The notes under the pieces were generated by a model, which did no database searches, had not been told where the DNA came from, and was given only the letters and a program-made list of their open reading frames with translations. The position numbers and the translations under genes were made by a program. From contig JBAMLI010000048.1 in assembly GCA_039793645.1 (NCBI GenBank), positions 1 through 50,312 of the forward strand: a stretch of DNA of 50,312 nt. The letters run 5' to 3'. Shown here one piece after another: positions 9,464 to 18,351 of this stretch; positions within the stretch are counted from its first letter, which is position 1, and the number at the start of each line of letters is the position of its first letter. The stretch comes from an archaeon. GTDB taxonomy: Archaea; Micrarchaeota; Micrarchaeia; Micrarchaeales; CABMGC01.

Positions 9464-10426
9464 ATGGGGGTTCTAGATTTATCTTGGACTGAGAAGTATA
9501 GGCCTTCGAAGCTTAGCGAGGTTATAGGGCAGAGTGCAATAGTAGAAAGGCTAAAGGCTTTTGTAAAAACAAAAAGCTTCCCCAACATGATCTTTGCAGG
9601 GCCTGCAGGCGTAGGAAAGACAACATCTGCAATAGCTATGGCAAAAGAGCTTTATGGGGATAAGCTCAATGAGTTCTTCCTAGAGCTAAATGCAAGCGAC
9701 ACAAGAGGAATAGATGTAATTAGGGGCAAAGTGAAAGAATTTGCAAGGACGTTGCCCCTTGAAGAAGGCCTTGTAAAGATAATATTTCTCGATGAGGCAG
9801 ATGCATTAACTCCCGAAGCGCAGCATGCGCTAAGGAGAACCATGGAGAAATATGCCTCAACAACAAGGTTCATATTAAGTGCAAACTATGCAAGCAAAAT
9901 AATAGAGCCTATCCAGAGCAGGTGCGTTGTGCTCAGATTCAAACCGCTGAATGTTGAAGAAATGAAGAAGTTCATAGAAAGGATAGCAAAAGGAGAATCT
10001 TTGCAAATAGACGAAAAGGCTATGGAGGCGCTGATATATGTAAGTGAAGGCGACTTAAGAAAGCTTACAAACATACTCCAAAGCGCGGCGATACTTGACA
10101 AGAAGATAACAGAAAAGAGCATATATGACATTGCTGCAAGGGCGAGGCCAAAGGAGATAATATCTATGCTAAAATATGCAATAAGCGGCGACTTCTCGAA
10201 AGCAAGAGAGGAGCTGAATACACTTATCTTTCTATACGGGATGAGTGGAGAGGATGTGCTCCTTCAGTGCTACAGAGAAGTGCAAAACCTCCCAACAGAT
10301 GACAAGACAAAACTTGAAATCATGGACAAGATAGGAGAATGCAACTTTAGGATAGTAGAAGGGGCAAATGAAAGAATACAGCTTGAAGCTATGCTAGCAA
10401 GCATAGCCATGCTATCAAAAAGGTAA
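9464..10426 (+). CDS. rfcS: replication factor C small subunit
   Basis: Walker A GPAGVGKTT, DEAD box (FLDEADAL), SRC motif (QSRCVVLRF). 320 aa. Confidence 0.94.
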   Translation: MGVLDLSWTEKYRPSKLSEVIGQSAIVERLKAFVKTKSFPNMIFAGPAGVGKTTSAIAMAKELYGDKLNEFFLELNASDTRGIDVIRGKVKEFARTLPLEEGLVKIIFLDEADALTPEAQHALRRTMEKYASTTRFILSANYASKIIEPIQSRCVVLRFKPLNVEEMKKFIERIAKGESLQIDEKAMEALIYVSEGDLRKLTNILQSAAILDKKITEKSIYDIAARARPKEIISMLKYAISGDFSKAREELNTLIFLYGMSGEDVLLQCYREVQNLPTDDKTKLEIMDKIGECNFRIVEGANERIQLEAMLASIAMLSKR

Positions 10427-10430
10427 TTTC

Positions 10431-11015
10431 TTGATTAAAAAGCCTCCTTTCAAAATAGATGGCTCTGATTTCTATTCTTTAGTAAGAAGGCTCTATGATT
10501 TGGAGAGCATTTTTGAAGCGCAGGGCAAAGAATATGTGCTAAGGGACCCGCTATTGAAGATTATATACAAGCATCTAATTGATATGGAGAGAGGCTCATA
10601 TTCATATTTTGCACCAAGCTGCAACTATGCAGTTATCTTAAATGGAGAGAAACCAAAAGAATATTTGGATGAGAAAGAGGTAATAAACAGCAAGGACCCT
10701 GTTTATCTCAAAAAGCAGATACTCGAATCAAAATCCCATTATGTGGTGTCGCTAGCAATTATAAATATCAACCTTGCCAAAGAGGAATTGAATTCGGTTG
10801 GCGAGGCGATTTTCAAAAGCAACAGCCTTTTGGCGCATCTTGCCCTTGCTGCTAGAATAAATGATTTGGAAAAAGGCACAAAAGACAGGCTCCTCGGCGA
10901 AGGAAATCCACTCATAATAGAAGAAGCAAGTATGCATTCAATGAATGTTGAAGGCTCTGGAGGATTAGCAAAGGGACGCACATTGACAAAGATTGCTGCC
11001 ATATTAAGAAGGTAG
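10431..11015 (+). CDS. hypothetical protein (194 aa, TTG start) 4 nt downstream of rfcS
   Basis: Long clean ORF with no in-frame ATG near its start and no motif I recognise. Converges on trmI with a 12-nt overlap. Confidence 0.5.
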   Translation: MIKKPPFKIDGSDFYSLVRRLYDLESIFEAQGKEYVLRDPLLKIIYKHLIDMERGSYSYFAPSCNYAVILNGEKPKEYLDEKEVINSKDPVYLKKQILESKSHYVVSLAIININLAKEELNSVGEAIFKSNSLLAHLALAARINDLEKGTKDRLLGEGNPLIIEEASMHSMNVEGSGGLAKGRTLTKIAAILRR

Positions 11016-11576
11016 CTTCCTTGCAAATGTAAGATAGCCTGTATGCCACAATCCTTTGTTTGTCGGCCTTGTGCCCTCCTCCCTTACAAGGTAATCCCTC
11101 ACTATGACTTCTATGGTGTATATGTCTGAAAATCCGAGTGCATTGAGCTTTTTGACATATTTGCTTACCTGCTCAACGTGTGGAAGAAAGCATGCTACAT
11201 ATCCTCCTGGCTTGAGGGCTTTTTTGACATTCTTAAGCGCCTTTTCAGGGCTTGGAAGATCCAATGTCACTACATCGACATCCTTTTCGTATATCTTTTT
11301 TGTAATATCTTCATTTCTAAATGTAACATTTTCCAAGCCGAGCATTTCTGCATTTTTCTGCCCTATATTTATGAACTCCCTCCTTACATCATAGGAATAT
11401 ACATGCTTGGCAACCCTAGCAAGCGCTACTGCAAGCCACCCGCTACCGGTGCCGGCGTCTACGCATATGCTTTCCTTGCTTATGCATGTGTAGGCAAGTA
11501 TTGCACCTATGTCTTTTGGCAATATTACCTGTGGGCCGCGCTTCAATTTTCTGTATATGTGAGGATATATGAACAA
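11004..11576 (-). CDS. trmI: tRNA (adenine-N1)-methyltransferase, TrmI/GCD14 family, short form
   Basis: RGPQVILPKD, SAM motif DAGTGSGWLA, VTLDLPSP, C-terminal RPTNKGLWHTGYLTFARK. The TTG start directly follows the topA TGA stop. Lacks the usual N-terminal domain. Confidence 0.75.
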   Translation of the reverse strand: MFIYPHIYRKLKRGPQVILPKDIGAILAYTCISKESICVDAGTGSGWLAVALARVAKHVYSYDVRREFINIGQKNAEMLGLENVTFRNEDITKKIYEKDVDVVTLDLPSPEKALKNVKKALKPGGYVACFLPHVEQVSKYVKKLNALGFSDIYTIEVIVRDYLVREEGTRPTNKGLWHTGYLTFARKLPS

Positions 11577-13685
11577 TCAACCACCCTTTCTTTCCTTTTC
11601 AGATTTTTTACCTTTTGCAAAAACCTTTTCAATCTCATCGTCTTTGCCCCAATCCTTCTTTGTAGGGCACTCTGGATCAAGGCACATCTCAAATACACTC
11701 TTCCCGCGCCTAAATATCTTTACTATAGGTGTGTTGCAGTATGGGCAGATTTTTCCAGTAGGCACAACCTTCGCTGCCTGCGGCAATGGGTAAGTTACAT
11801 TGCACTCGGGCCAATTTGTACAGCCAACAAAGCTCTTTCCATTCTTTGACCTTTTGATTACAAGGTCCCCTCCGCATTTGCACTTGCCAAGCACCTCCTT
11901 TTTTGATGTCTCCTGCAAGCCCTCCCTTAGGCTTTTGCCTATCTCAACCTCCTTTGACTTGAAATCCTTTATAATCTCTTCTATTATTTTCTTCCCTTCG
12001 TTTATGACATCTTCCTTCTTTGCTTTTCCGCGCATTATGTTTTCCATATCCTCCTCCAGCTTCCTAGTAAGCTCTTCGTCAAGTATCTCTTTGCAGTTTT
12101 CTTTCAATGCGTTGTAAATGCTCATCCCAAAATCAGTCACTTTTATTGAGCTCCCTTCTATGTAGTTCCTCTTGAACAGCGTGTCTATGATTTCGGCCCT
12201 CGTCGCTTTTGTGCCAAGATTCTTCTTTTCTAGCAGGCTTATCAGGCTTGCCTTTGTAAACCTCTTTGGTGGAGTAGTCTTCAGCTCCTTCTCGTAAAGC
12301 CTTTCTATCTTTACTTTTTCGCCTTCTTCAAATCTTGGCATCTCCTTATTCTTTGCTTCCACATAAGGCGCATAAAACTCCTTCCAGCCTTTTTCTTTTT
12401 GGACCTCGCCACTAGCAAAATAAAGCTCCCCACCTGCATCAAGCACAATCTCCGTCCTCTCTGTTACTGCATACTCTGCAAAGCAAGAAAGGAATCTTTT
12501 TACTATCAAATCGTAGATCTTCTCCTCATCTTTTTCTAGGCTCTTTGGCTGAATCCCTGTAGGAAAAATGGCAGGATGCGCTTCATCTTCTTTTTTGCCC
12601 TCAGCAGGCTTAAAGCGCTTCTCGCTGATTAGCTTGTTGGCTAGCCCTGCATACTTCTCATTCTTCCCTATTTCAAAAATTATCCTTGGCAGATTGATGG
12701 AATATGGCAATTTCTGAGAAGAGGTTCTTGGATAGGAGATATAGGCCCTTTCATAAAGAGACTGGGCTATCGAAAGAGTTTTAGAAGGGTCTATGCCAAA
12801 GACCCTGCTTGCTTCAAGCTGCAGGCTTGTAAGATCAAAAGGGGGAAGCGGCCTCTCCAACACTTCTTTTTTCTCCACTTTCTTAACTGTTGCCTCCTTC
12901 ACCTTGCTTTTTTCAAAAGCTTCGTCAGCTACTTTCTTTTCGAAGACCTCATTCCTTACATTTTCAAATTCAACGCCCTTTGCAACAAGATAAATTTTCC
13001 AGTAAGGCTTGGGCACAAAGTTCTTTATTTCAAGCTCCCTCTTTGCTAGTATTGCCAAAGTCGGCCCTTGGACTCTACCTATACTTACCACTTTTTTAAT
13101 GCCGTTTGCATAGAGCGAGCGCATGAGCGCCCTGCTCATGTTTATCCCCCACATCCAATCTAAGATATGCCTAGTCTCTCCTGCATCAAAGTTGCTTTCA
13201 TCAAATGGGTTTATGTTTTTATAGGAATTGAGCAGATCCTCTTTTGTGGTTGTAGAGAATTTCATCCTTAGCGCTAGATCTTTGTTTATTTTTGCGTTGA
13301 CATCTCCATGCAGTATGTATCTTATTATATTGGTGCCGATCACAGTTCCTTCTATGTCATAGTCGCACGCATTGATGAATATGCTGCACCTCTTTCCAAT
13401 CTCCACTATGGTGTCAAGATATTTCTTTGTGAAATAGGCTTTTGGATTGGCCTTGTATGATGGCACCCACTCAACATCAAAAACTGGGAAGCTTTTGCTG
13501 CCTTCCTTTTGCCTTATAGTGAAGAGGTGGCCTGCGGCTGCAACAACATATAAGGTATCGCTACCATTCTTAAGTTCATAGTAGCTTACTTTGCTTGAAG
13601 AGAATCTTTTGTACTCCCCTTCGGCCAAAGAGCTTGCTAGCCTTTGCGCTACGCTTGGCTTTTCGGCTATGATGAGTTTGTTCAT
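11577..13685 (-). CDS. topA: DNA topoisomerase, type IA (archaeal TopA / topo III-like)
   Basis: TOPRIM start MNKLIIAEKPS, active-site region ISYPRTSS, C-terminal Zn-ribbons (CKCGGDL, CTNWPEC, CPYCNTP). 702 aa. Confidence 0.93.
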   Translation of the reverse strand: MNKLIIAEKPSVAQRLASSLAEGEYKRFSSSKVSYYELKNGSDTLYVVAAAGHLFTIRQKEGSKSFPVFDVEWVPSYKANPKAYFTKKYLDTIVEIGKRCSIFINACDYDIEGTVIGTNIIRYILHGDVNAKINKDLALRMKFSTTTKEDLLNSYKNINPFDESNFDAGETRHILDWMWGINMSRALMRSLYANGIKKVVSIGRVQGPTLAILAKRELEIKNFVPKPYWKIYLVAKGVEFENVRNEVFEKKVADEAFEKSKVKEATVKKVEKKEVLERPLPPFDLTSLQLEASRVFGIDPSKTLSIAQSLYERAYISYPRTSSQKLPYSINLPRIIFEIGKNEKYAGLANKLISEKRFKPAEGKKEDEAHPAIFPTGIQPKSLEKDEEKIYDLIVKRFLSCFAEYAVTERTEIVLDAGGELYFASGEVQKEKGWKEFYAPYVEAKNKEMPRFEEGEKVKIERLYEKELKTTPPKRFTKASLISLLEKKNLGTKATRAEIIDTLFKRNYIEGSSIKVTDFGMSIYNALKENCKEILDEELTRKLEEDMENIMRGKAKKEDVINEGKKIIEEIIKDFKSKEVEIGKSLREGLQETSKKEVLGKCKCGGDLVIKRSKNGKSFVGCTNWPECNVTYPLPQAAKVVPTGKICPYCNTPIVKIFRRGKSVFEMCLDPECPTKKDWGKDDEIEKVFAKGKKSEKERKGG

Positions 13686-13693
13686 AAATCAGT

Positions 13694-13903
13694 TCACTTG
13701 CTCTTTTTCTTTTTAGGTTTTTCTACCCTTTCTTTGGAGATGTAGTATGACATGTAGAAGCCAAGGATTATTGTTATTATTGCAATAAGGTAAAACAGGT
13801 AGCTTCCACCAGAGACTACAAAAACCGCTATTGCAACGATAGTCAGCGCTATTACGCTTGATGAGAGGTAGAGCGCATTTCTATCTGCTTGAGAAATGTC
13901 CAT
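13694..13903 (-). CDS. small two-TM membrane protein with Lys-rich tail
   Basis: About 69 aa with two hydrophobic stretches and a KPKKKKSK end. The ATG at 13903 is preferred over the TTG at 13906. Confidence 0.45.
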   Translation of the reverse strand: MDISQADRNALYLSSSVIALTIVAIAVFVVSGGSYLFYLIAIITIILGFYMSYYISKERVEKPKKKKSK

Positions 13904-13985
13904 CAAACCACATTTTTTAGATTAATGTTTAAAGTTTAAATAACCTTACTTCATATTTATTTTAACTTTTCAAGCTTGTGATTAA

Positions 13986-14345
13986 ATGCTCAGCGAGATT
14001 TTGCTGATAGGCATAACTGTATTTGCTGCATTCTTGGCGTCCTTGGCCCAGTATCTATTTAAGACAAATCTACCGAGATTCAAAGCGAGCATCTCTGGTA
14101 TATTGGAAATCTTCAAGAACAAGCGGATATTGCTGGGGGTGCTCATCTATTTTGTAAGCCTGCCTATCTATCTTTTCGCGCTTAGGAACGGCGATTTATC
14201 GTTTGTTTACCCTACATTTGCAACCTCTTTCATATTCGTTCTTCTGCTCTCAAAGTTTGGCATAGGGGAAGATATCAGCCCTATCAGGCTATTTGGAGTC
14301 TTGCTGGTTGTTGTTGGCATAGCTATAATCGCATTTACTTTCTGA
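13986..14345 (+). CDS. half-size EamA/DMT-like (SMR-like) membrane protein, subunit 1
   Basis: 119 aa, about 4 TM segments, EamA-like end (GEDISPIRLFGVLLVVVGIAII). Paired with the next gene. Confidence 0.6.
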   Translation: MLSEILLIGITVFAAFLASLAQYLFKTNLPRFKASISGILEIFKNKRILLGVLIYFVSLPIYLFALRNGDLSFVYPTFATSFIFVLLLSKFGIGEDISPIRLFGVLLVVVGIAIIAFTF

Positions 14346-14353
14346 GTGTTTCC

Positions 14354-14695
14354 ATGGAGGAAAAAAGAACAAAAAAAGAAGTGCTTGTGCTTGTGCTTGT
14401 GATGAGCACATTCCTTGGCGGCTTAGGGCAGTTCATGTTCAAGCTAGGCTTAAACAGCCAAAGCAGCATTTTGATGGCTATTTTACTCACTTTGGGAATA
14501 ATTTCTTATCTATTATCGACAGTCTTTTACTTTTTCGCACTGAGCAGGGCGCATCTAAGCTGGGTTTACAGCTTTGGAGGCCTCTCTTACATTTTTGCAA
14601 GCCTTCTTGCAATGCTTATAGAGCCGGTGCCATTGCTCAGATGGCTTGGCATATTAGTAATCGCAATAGGCACCTCCTTAATAGGCATAAGCTGA
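14354..14695 (+). CDS. half-size EamA/DMT-like (SMR-like) membrane protein, subunit 2
   Basis: 113 aa, about 4 TM segments, similar topology and C-terminal GxxxxxxG helix (LGILVIAIGTSLIGI). Lies 8 nt after the previous gene. Confidence 0.6.
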   Translation: MEEKRTKKEVLVLVLVMSTFLGGLGQFMFKLGLNSQSSILMAILLTLGIISYLLSTVFYFFALSRAHLSWVYSFGGLSYIFASLLAMLIEPVPLLRWLGILVIAIGTSLIGIS

Positions 14696-14710
14696 ATACT
14701 TGCGCTTGCC

Positions 14711-15019
14711 TTACTTCTTTTTGTCTTCATCTTCGCCTTTCACAAGCTTTATCCCAAGGTAGCTCAGTTTGTAGCCTATATTTGCAAAAAGGAACAGCAC
14801 AATTATCTCTAGGAATATGAATCCTGTTTCCCTTGCTGTGAGGCTCAAGTTGCTTGTAAGAGAGGATATCGCTCCAGTGACGTTTGAGGGGCTCGGCTGG
14901 CCAGATTGCACGTAAGACTGCGTACTTAAGCTCTCGTATAGACCATACCCCATAAGAAATGTCAGCAATAGCAGGACAACTCCCAAGGCTATCAGAAAAT
15001 ATCCCAATATAGAGGCCAT
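14711..15019 (-). CDS. small membrane protein (2 TM) downstream of the ABC-2 permease
   Basis: Hydrophobic N- and C-terminal helices, Ser-rich loop, acidic/Lys tail. ATG at 15019, alternative TTG at 15028. Confidence 0.45.
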   Translation of the reverse strand: MASILGYFLIALGVVLLLLTFLMGYGLYESLSTQSYVQSGQPSPSNVTGAISSLTSNLSLTARETGFIFLEIIVLFLFANIGYKLSYLGIKLVKGEDEDKKK

Positions 15020-15040
15020 ATAAATCAAATTACAAGCGCA

Positions 15041-15817
15041 TTAAGTTATTATAAACTTTTCCCTGTCGAACAGCTTTTCGCTGAAGTGCACTACGGCAAT
15101 GCTGGTAAGCAAAAGAATGATAAACATCCCTGCAAAAAATCCTGCACTCAGCTGGACTATGTCGAATATAGAGACAAATGGTATTATCAAAAGAGGGAGT
15201 ATGAGAAGGGTGCTTATCTGCTGGGCTTCCTTTATTCCTTTTACTTTGGTGGAGACTATTACAACTAATCCTATTGTTGTTAGGGCAAGAAGCGGCGCAT
15301 TGATGAGCATCATGCACCAGCTCATATTAGGGAAGATGGCTATGCCAAACTCTTTTATTGAAAAATAATCTATTATTGTGGCATAGATTACAAATACTGC
15401 AACAGTAAGCAGCACAGCAGGTATTAATGAAGCAAGTATCTTGCCCATAAGCAATTCGCTATTTGTTGTTGGAGTAAGAAGAAGAGATTCTGCCGTCTTT
15501 CTTTCTTTTTCACCTGCAAAACTATCTGCGGCAAGCACTGAGGCGGTGATGATAGGCATTGTCATAAATATCGGCCCAAGGATGTTTATAGAAAAGAATT
15601 CGATAAAGTAGAAGCTGCCAATCGCATAGTTAACGCTCACTCCCGCCATTTGGGGCAATATGGTTGTGCCTGCATACTTTGATACGTAGAATGTGAAGAA
15701 TGGGAGGAAAATAGCAAAGAATATAGGTATGCCAAGCATTGGGCCCCAGATTGAAATGCTGCTAAATGCTTCCTTCATGTCCTTTTCTGCTATTGCCCAT
15801 ACCTTATTCCAATCCAT
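15041..15817 (-). CDS. ABC-2 type transporter permease
   Basis: About 6 TM segments. Its ATG overlaps the ATPase TGA stop by 1 nt (TGATG). Typical ABC-2 exporter size and layout. Confidence 0.75.
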   Translation of the reverse strand: MDWNKVWAIAEKDMKEAFSSISIWGPMLGIPIFFAIFLPFFTFYVSKYAGTTILPQMAGVSVNYAIGSFYFIEFFSINILGPIFMTMPIITASVLAADSFAGEKERKTAESLLLTPTTNSELLMGKILASLIPAVLLTVAVFVIYATIIDYFSIKEFGIAIFPNMSWCMMLINAPLLALTTIGLVVIVSTKVKGIKEAQQISTLLILPLLIIPFVSIFDIVQLSAGFFAGMFIILLLTSIAVVHFSEKLFDREKFIIT

Positions 15818-16692
15818 CAAATCTCCACCATTTCATTGCTAAGGCTTTCATTAATGTAATTTACGCTTGTTATTTTTCCATTTCTTGCTACAATCTCTTC
15901 TACCAATTCTGGTATCTCCTTTGCAGAACTTAGTCTTGCAATGATTCTTCTACCTTCCTGCCTTGCATCCCAGCCCTCTAGCCTTATCTTTTTCTCGTCA
16001 AGCAATATTATTTCAATTTTGATGCCTTTTATCAGCGAAAGAATCTTTTCAAGAGTGCCATATGCTACAGCTCTGCCTTTGTCCATCAGCATTATCTTTC
16101 CCCTTATTTTGCTGAGCTCATCGAGCCTTTGCGTGGCATATACTACGCTTGCTTTGCTCTCATCTATAAGCTTATGGACCTCTTCTGCAGAGTAAGGATC
16201 AAGAAATGCTGTAGGCTCATCCAAAAGCAGCACCTTGGGGTCGCTCATCAAAGCCTTGCATATTGCTATCTTCTGCTTTGTGCCTCTGCTTAGCTCCCCA
16301 ACCTTCCTCTCAAAGTATTCGCTCGCATTGAGCCTTCTCAGCAGGCTTCTTGAAGCTTCAAGCGCGTGCTCTTTCCTAAGGCCGTGCAAAACCCCAAAAA
16401 ACAGTAGGTTATCTTTCACCGTCAAGCTGTCATAGAGCGCATAGTTTTCGCTTACAAAAGAAAGCATCCTGCTTGATTTTTCTACATCTGATGCCTCAAT
16501 TCCAAATATCTTTATTGAGCCTTTGGTAGGCTTTATGAGCCCGGAAGCGAGCCTTAGCAATGTGCTTTTGCCTGCACCGTTTGGGCCGATCAAGATGAGC
16601 CTCTCTCCTCTTCCTATTGAGAAGCTGATATTGTCTATTGCTTTGATGTTTGAAAAATACTTTGAGATGTTTGAAGCTTCGATAGCATGCAC
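15817..16692 (-). CDS. ABC transporter ATP-binding protein
   Basis: Walker A GPNGAGKST, signature LSRGTKQK, Walker B LLLDEP. GTG start. Confidence 0.9.
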   Translation of the reverse strand: MHAIEASNISKYFSNIKAIDNISFSIGRGERLILIGPNGAGKSTLLRLASGLIKPTKGSIKIFGIEASDVEKSSRMLSFVSENYALYDSLTVKDNLLFFGVLHGLRKEHALEASRSLLRRLNASEYFERKVGELSRGTKQKIAICKALMSDPKVLLLDEPTAFLDPYSAEEVHKLIDESKASVVYATQRLDELSKIRGKIMLMDKGRAVAYGTLEKILSLIKGIKIEIILLDEKKIRLEGWDARQEGRRIIARLSSAKEIPELVEEIVARNGKITSVNYINESLSNEMVEI

Positions 16693-16710
16693 GCAAAGAC
16701 CTTTCTAAAT

Positions 16711-16813
16711 TGCAGGGGGAGAGATTTGAACTCTCGAAGGCGCTAAGCCACAGGATCTTAAGTCCTGCGCATTTTTCTGTGGCTAATGCCAGACCAGACT
16801 CTGCCACCCCTGC
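16711..16813 (-). tRNA. tRNA-Leu (anticodon UAA) with an approximately 17-nt insertion in the D-loop
   Basis: Reverse strand: GCAGGGG-T-GGCAGAGTCTGGTC[TGGCATTAGCCACAGAA]AAATGC-G-CAGGA-CTTAAGA-TCCTG-long variable arm-GAGAG-TTCAAAT-CTCTC-CCCCTGC-A. Alignment to the Leu(GAG) gene at 19280 defines the insertion. The 5' end abuts the PAC2 stop codon. Confidence 0.8.
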
Positions 16814-17548
16814 CTAAGCATACATAGACGGGCCAGTGGCATCTGTCGCTTTCTTGTAGCTCTCATGCGAAAGCTTCGCTTTCCTTATCATCTGCCTTAT
16901 CTTTGCTTCAACTATTTTTGCCTCTTCCTCCAACTCTTGCAGATCTATTTTCAAATCCAAGAGCTTGTTGAGCGTTGAAAGCGCAATCTCAGCATACTTT
17001 GGATCTGTTATTTCCGGATTCACCTCAACAAGTATGTCTGCTATAGGTATATTCATTATGGGGCTACTCGCAAGTATTATGGCGCTTATTCCCGCTATAA
17101 CGCCGTCATTTATTGCCTTTACTCCATTTGCGGCTGCCTTTTCAAGCATTTTCTTATCTGTGCTTATTATAAAAGCTTCAGTGCTTGGCTTTTCAGTTGG
17201 TATTCCCCCTATGGAAATTATCGTGCTTACCCCATTTCTTTTTGCAAAACTTAGAAGCTCGATGCCAAGCTCCCTTACAGATTCAGTAGGAATTGTAAAC
17301 TCAGAGGTTACTGCAAGCAGCTTGTTTTTCTTGTCTGCATATATCCTCACTGGGAACATCGGAGTTGTGTTGTGTATTACTGCTATGGGTGGAAATGAGT
17401 TGCTATCGATGTAACCTATATACTCCATCTTTAGCTTCTCTATAATATAGCTATTGGCCATTGCCCCTACCAGCCCTGCTCCTGGAAATCCTTCGATAAG
17501 AGTGTATCCAGCCAGATTTATGTCTTCAAAAAAATTTATCTGTATCAT
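16814..17548 (-). CDS. PAC2-family proteasome assembly chaperone (PbaB-like)
   Basis: N-terminus ...LIEGFPGAGLVGAMANSYIIEKL, IISIGGI, and a C-terminal helical tail ending in Tyr-Ala, typical of archaeal PAC2/PbaB proteins as I recall them. Confidence 0.8.
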   Translation of the reverse strand: MIQINFFEDINLAGYTLIEGFPGAGLVGAMANSYIIEKLKMEYIGYIDSNSFPPIAVIHNTTPMFPVRIYADKKNKLLAVTSEFTIPTESVRELGIELLSFAKRNGVSTIISIGGIPTEKPSTEAFIISTDKKMLEKAAANGVKAINDGVIAGISAIILASSPIMNIPIADILVEVNPEITDPKYAEIALSTLNKLLDLKIDLQELEEEAKIVEAKIRQMIRKAKLSHESYKKATDATGPSMYA

Positions 17549-17687
17549 AGAATCACTTTATTTGGCGAATTTAAAAGTTAAATACCTTTGTCTAGAAAAG
17601 GCATGCAAAGCACCATATATTTTGCTCTCGATTTTTCGACGATGAATTTATAAACTTATATATACGTGTATTTATTGGGGTGAATTA

Positions 17688-17912
17688 ATGGCTGAAAGAG
17701 TAGGAAAAGAGAGAATTGAGAAGGAAGACGGATACCTCTACTACCTCGGAAAGGACGGCTACGTATGGAGAACACCAATGAAAACAAACACAAGGGGCAG
17801 AAAGAGCAGAGTTGGAACTGAAAAGATAGAAAGGGAGGAGGGATACCTCTACTTCATAGACAAGAACGGATACGTAGCTAGAGCAAAGATGAACAGGAGG
17901 GGCAGGAGGTAA
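17688..17912 (+). CDS. small basic protein made of two tandem copies of an approximately 35-aa unit
   Basis: Unit 1 is GKERIEKEDGYLYYLGKDGYVWRTPMK. Unit 2 is GTEKIEREEGYLYFIDKNGYVARAKMN. Each is followed by an Arg/Lys-rich tail. Confidence 0.6.
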   Translation: MAERVGKERIEKEDGYLYYLGKDGYVWRTPMKTNTRGRKSRVGTEKIEREEGYLYFIDKNGYVARAKMNRRGRR

Positions 17913-18045
17913 ATTTTTGTTTTTTGTATTTTTCATTTGCATTTAATTTTTGGGTAGCATGGTTTTTCTGCTTTCTATTTAGTTCTTCTTATCCTTCTTC
18001 AATACAGCAAACAACTTGAGGATATAGCTTGCAGTATAGCAAGAT

Positions 18046-18120
18046 CGGGCATAGCGGGATTTGAACCCGCAACCAACAGCTCCGCAAGCTGCCGTGCTAT
18101 CCAAGTTACACCATATGCCC
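18046..18120 (-). tRNA. tRNA-Arg (anticodon GCG), no intron
   Basis: Reverse strand: GGGCATA-TG-GTGT-AACTTGGATA-GCAC-G-GCAGC-TTGCGGA-GCTGT-TGGTT-GCGGG-TTCAAAT-CCCGC-TATGCCC-G. Canonical cloverleaf; CCA is not encoded. Confidence 0.9.
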
Positions 18121-18138
18121 TACTATCTATCTTTTTAT

Positions 18139-18351
18139 ATGTTTTTATTTAAATGTATATCTACTTTATCTAGAGGTGGTTGCATCCCATCACTTGCAGG
18201 CAAGGTATGTACTTCGTGCGGAAAGCTTACCCATAAATATGTTGAGTTCAAATGCCCAAAATGCGGCGAGGCAACTATAATACGTTGCGAGCATTGCAGG
18301 GAGACATATACTCCATATAAATGCCCAAAATGCGGATTTGAGGGACCTTGA
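18139..18351 (+). CDS. Zn-ribbon protein of the type found upstream of aEF-1beta (COG2888-like)
   Basis: CTSCGK...[16 protein letters not shown]...[11 protein letters not shown]. The start is uncertain: the first in-frame ATG after the tRNA is at 18139, and the track ORF start at 18061 lies inside tRNA-Arg. Confidence 0.65.
   Translation: MFLFKCISTLSRGGCIPSLAGKVCTSCGKLTHKYVEFKCPKCGEATIIRCEHCRETYTPYKCPKCGFEGP

Noticed and set aside
11178-11849. 223-aa plus-strand ORF spanning the trmI/topA junction; also the 183-aa minus-strand ORF at 18135-18686
   Set aside because: Both run antisense across two well-supported genes, have Tyr/Cys/Phe-rich compositions untypical of this genome's proteins, and show no motifs.
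16496-16807. ORF-track entries overlapping tRNA genes (16496-16807 minus strand, 20934-21125 minus strand, 32087-32305 and 32169-32516 plus strand)
   Set aside because: These regions are better explained by the tRNA-Leu, Pro-like tRNA and tRNA-Ala genes and by the flanking real CDSs.
18061-18138. N-terminal 26 codons of the track ORF 18061-18351
   Set aside because: This part is the reverse complement of tRNA-Arg(GCG). The zinc-ribbon gene must start after position 18120.
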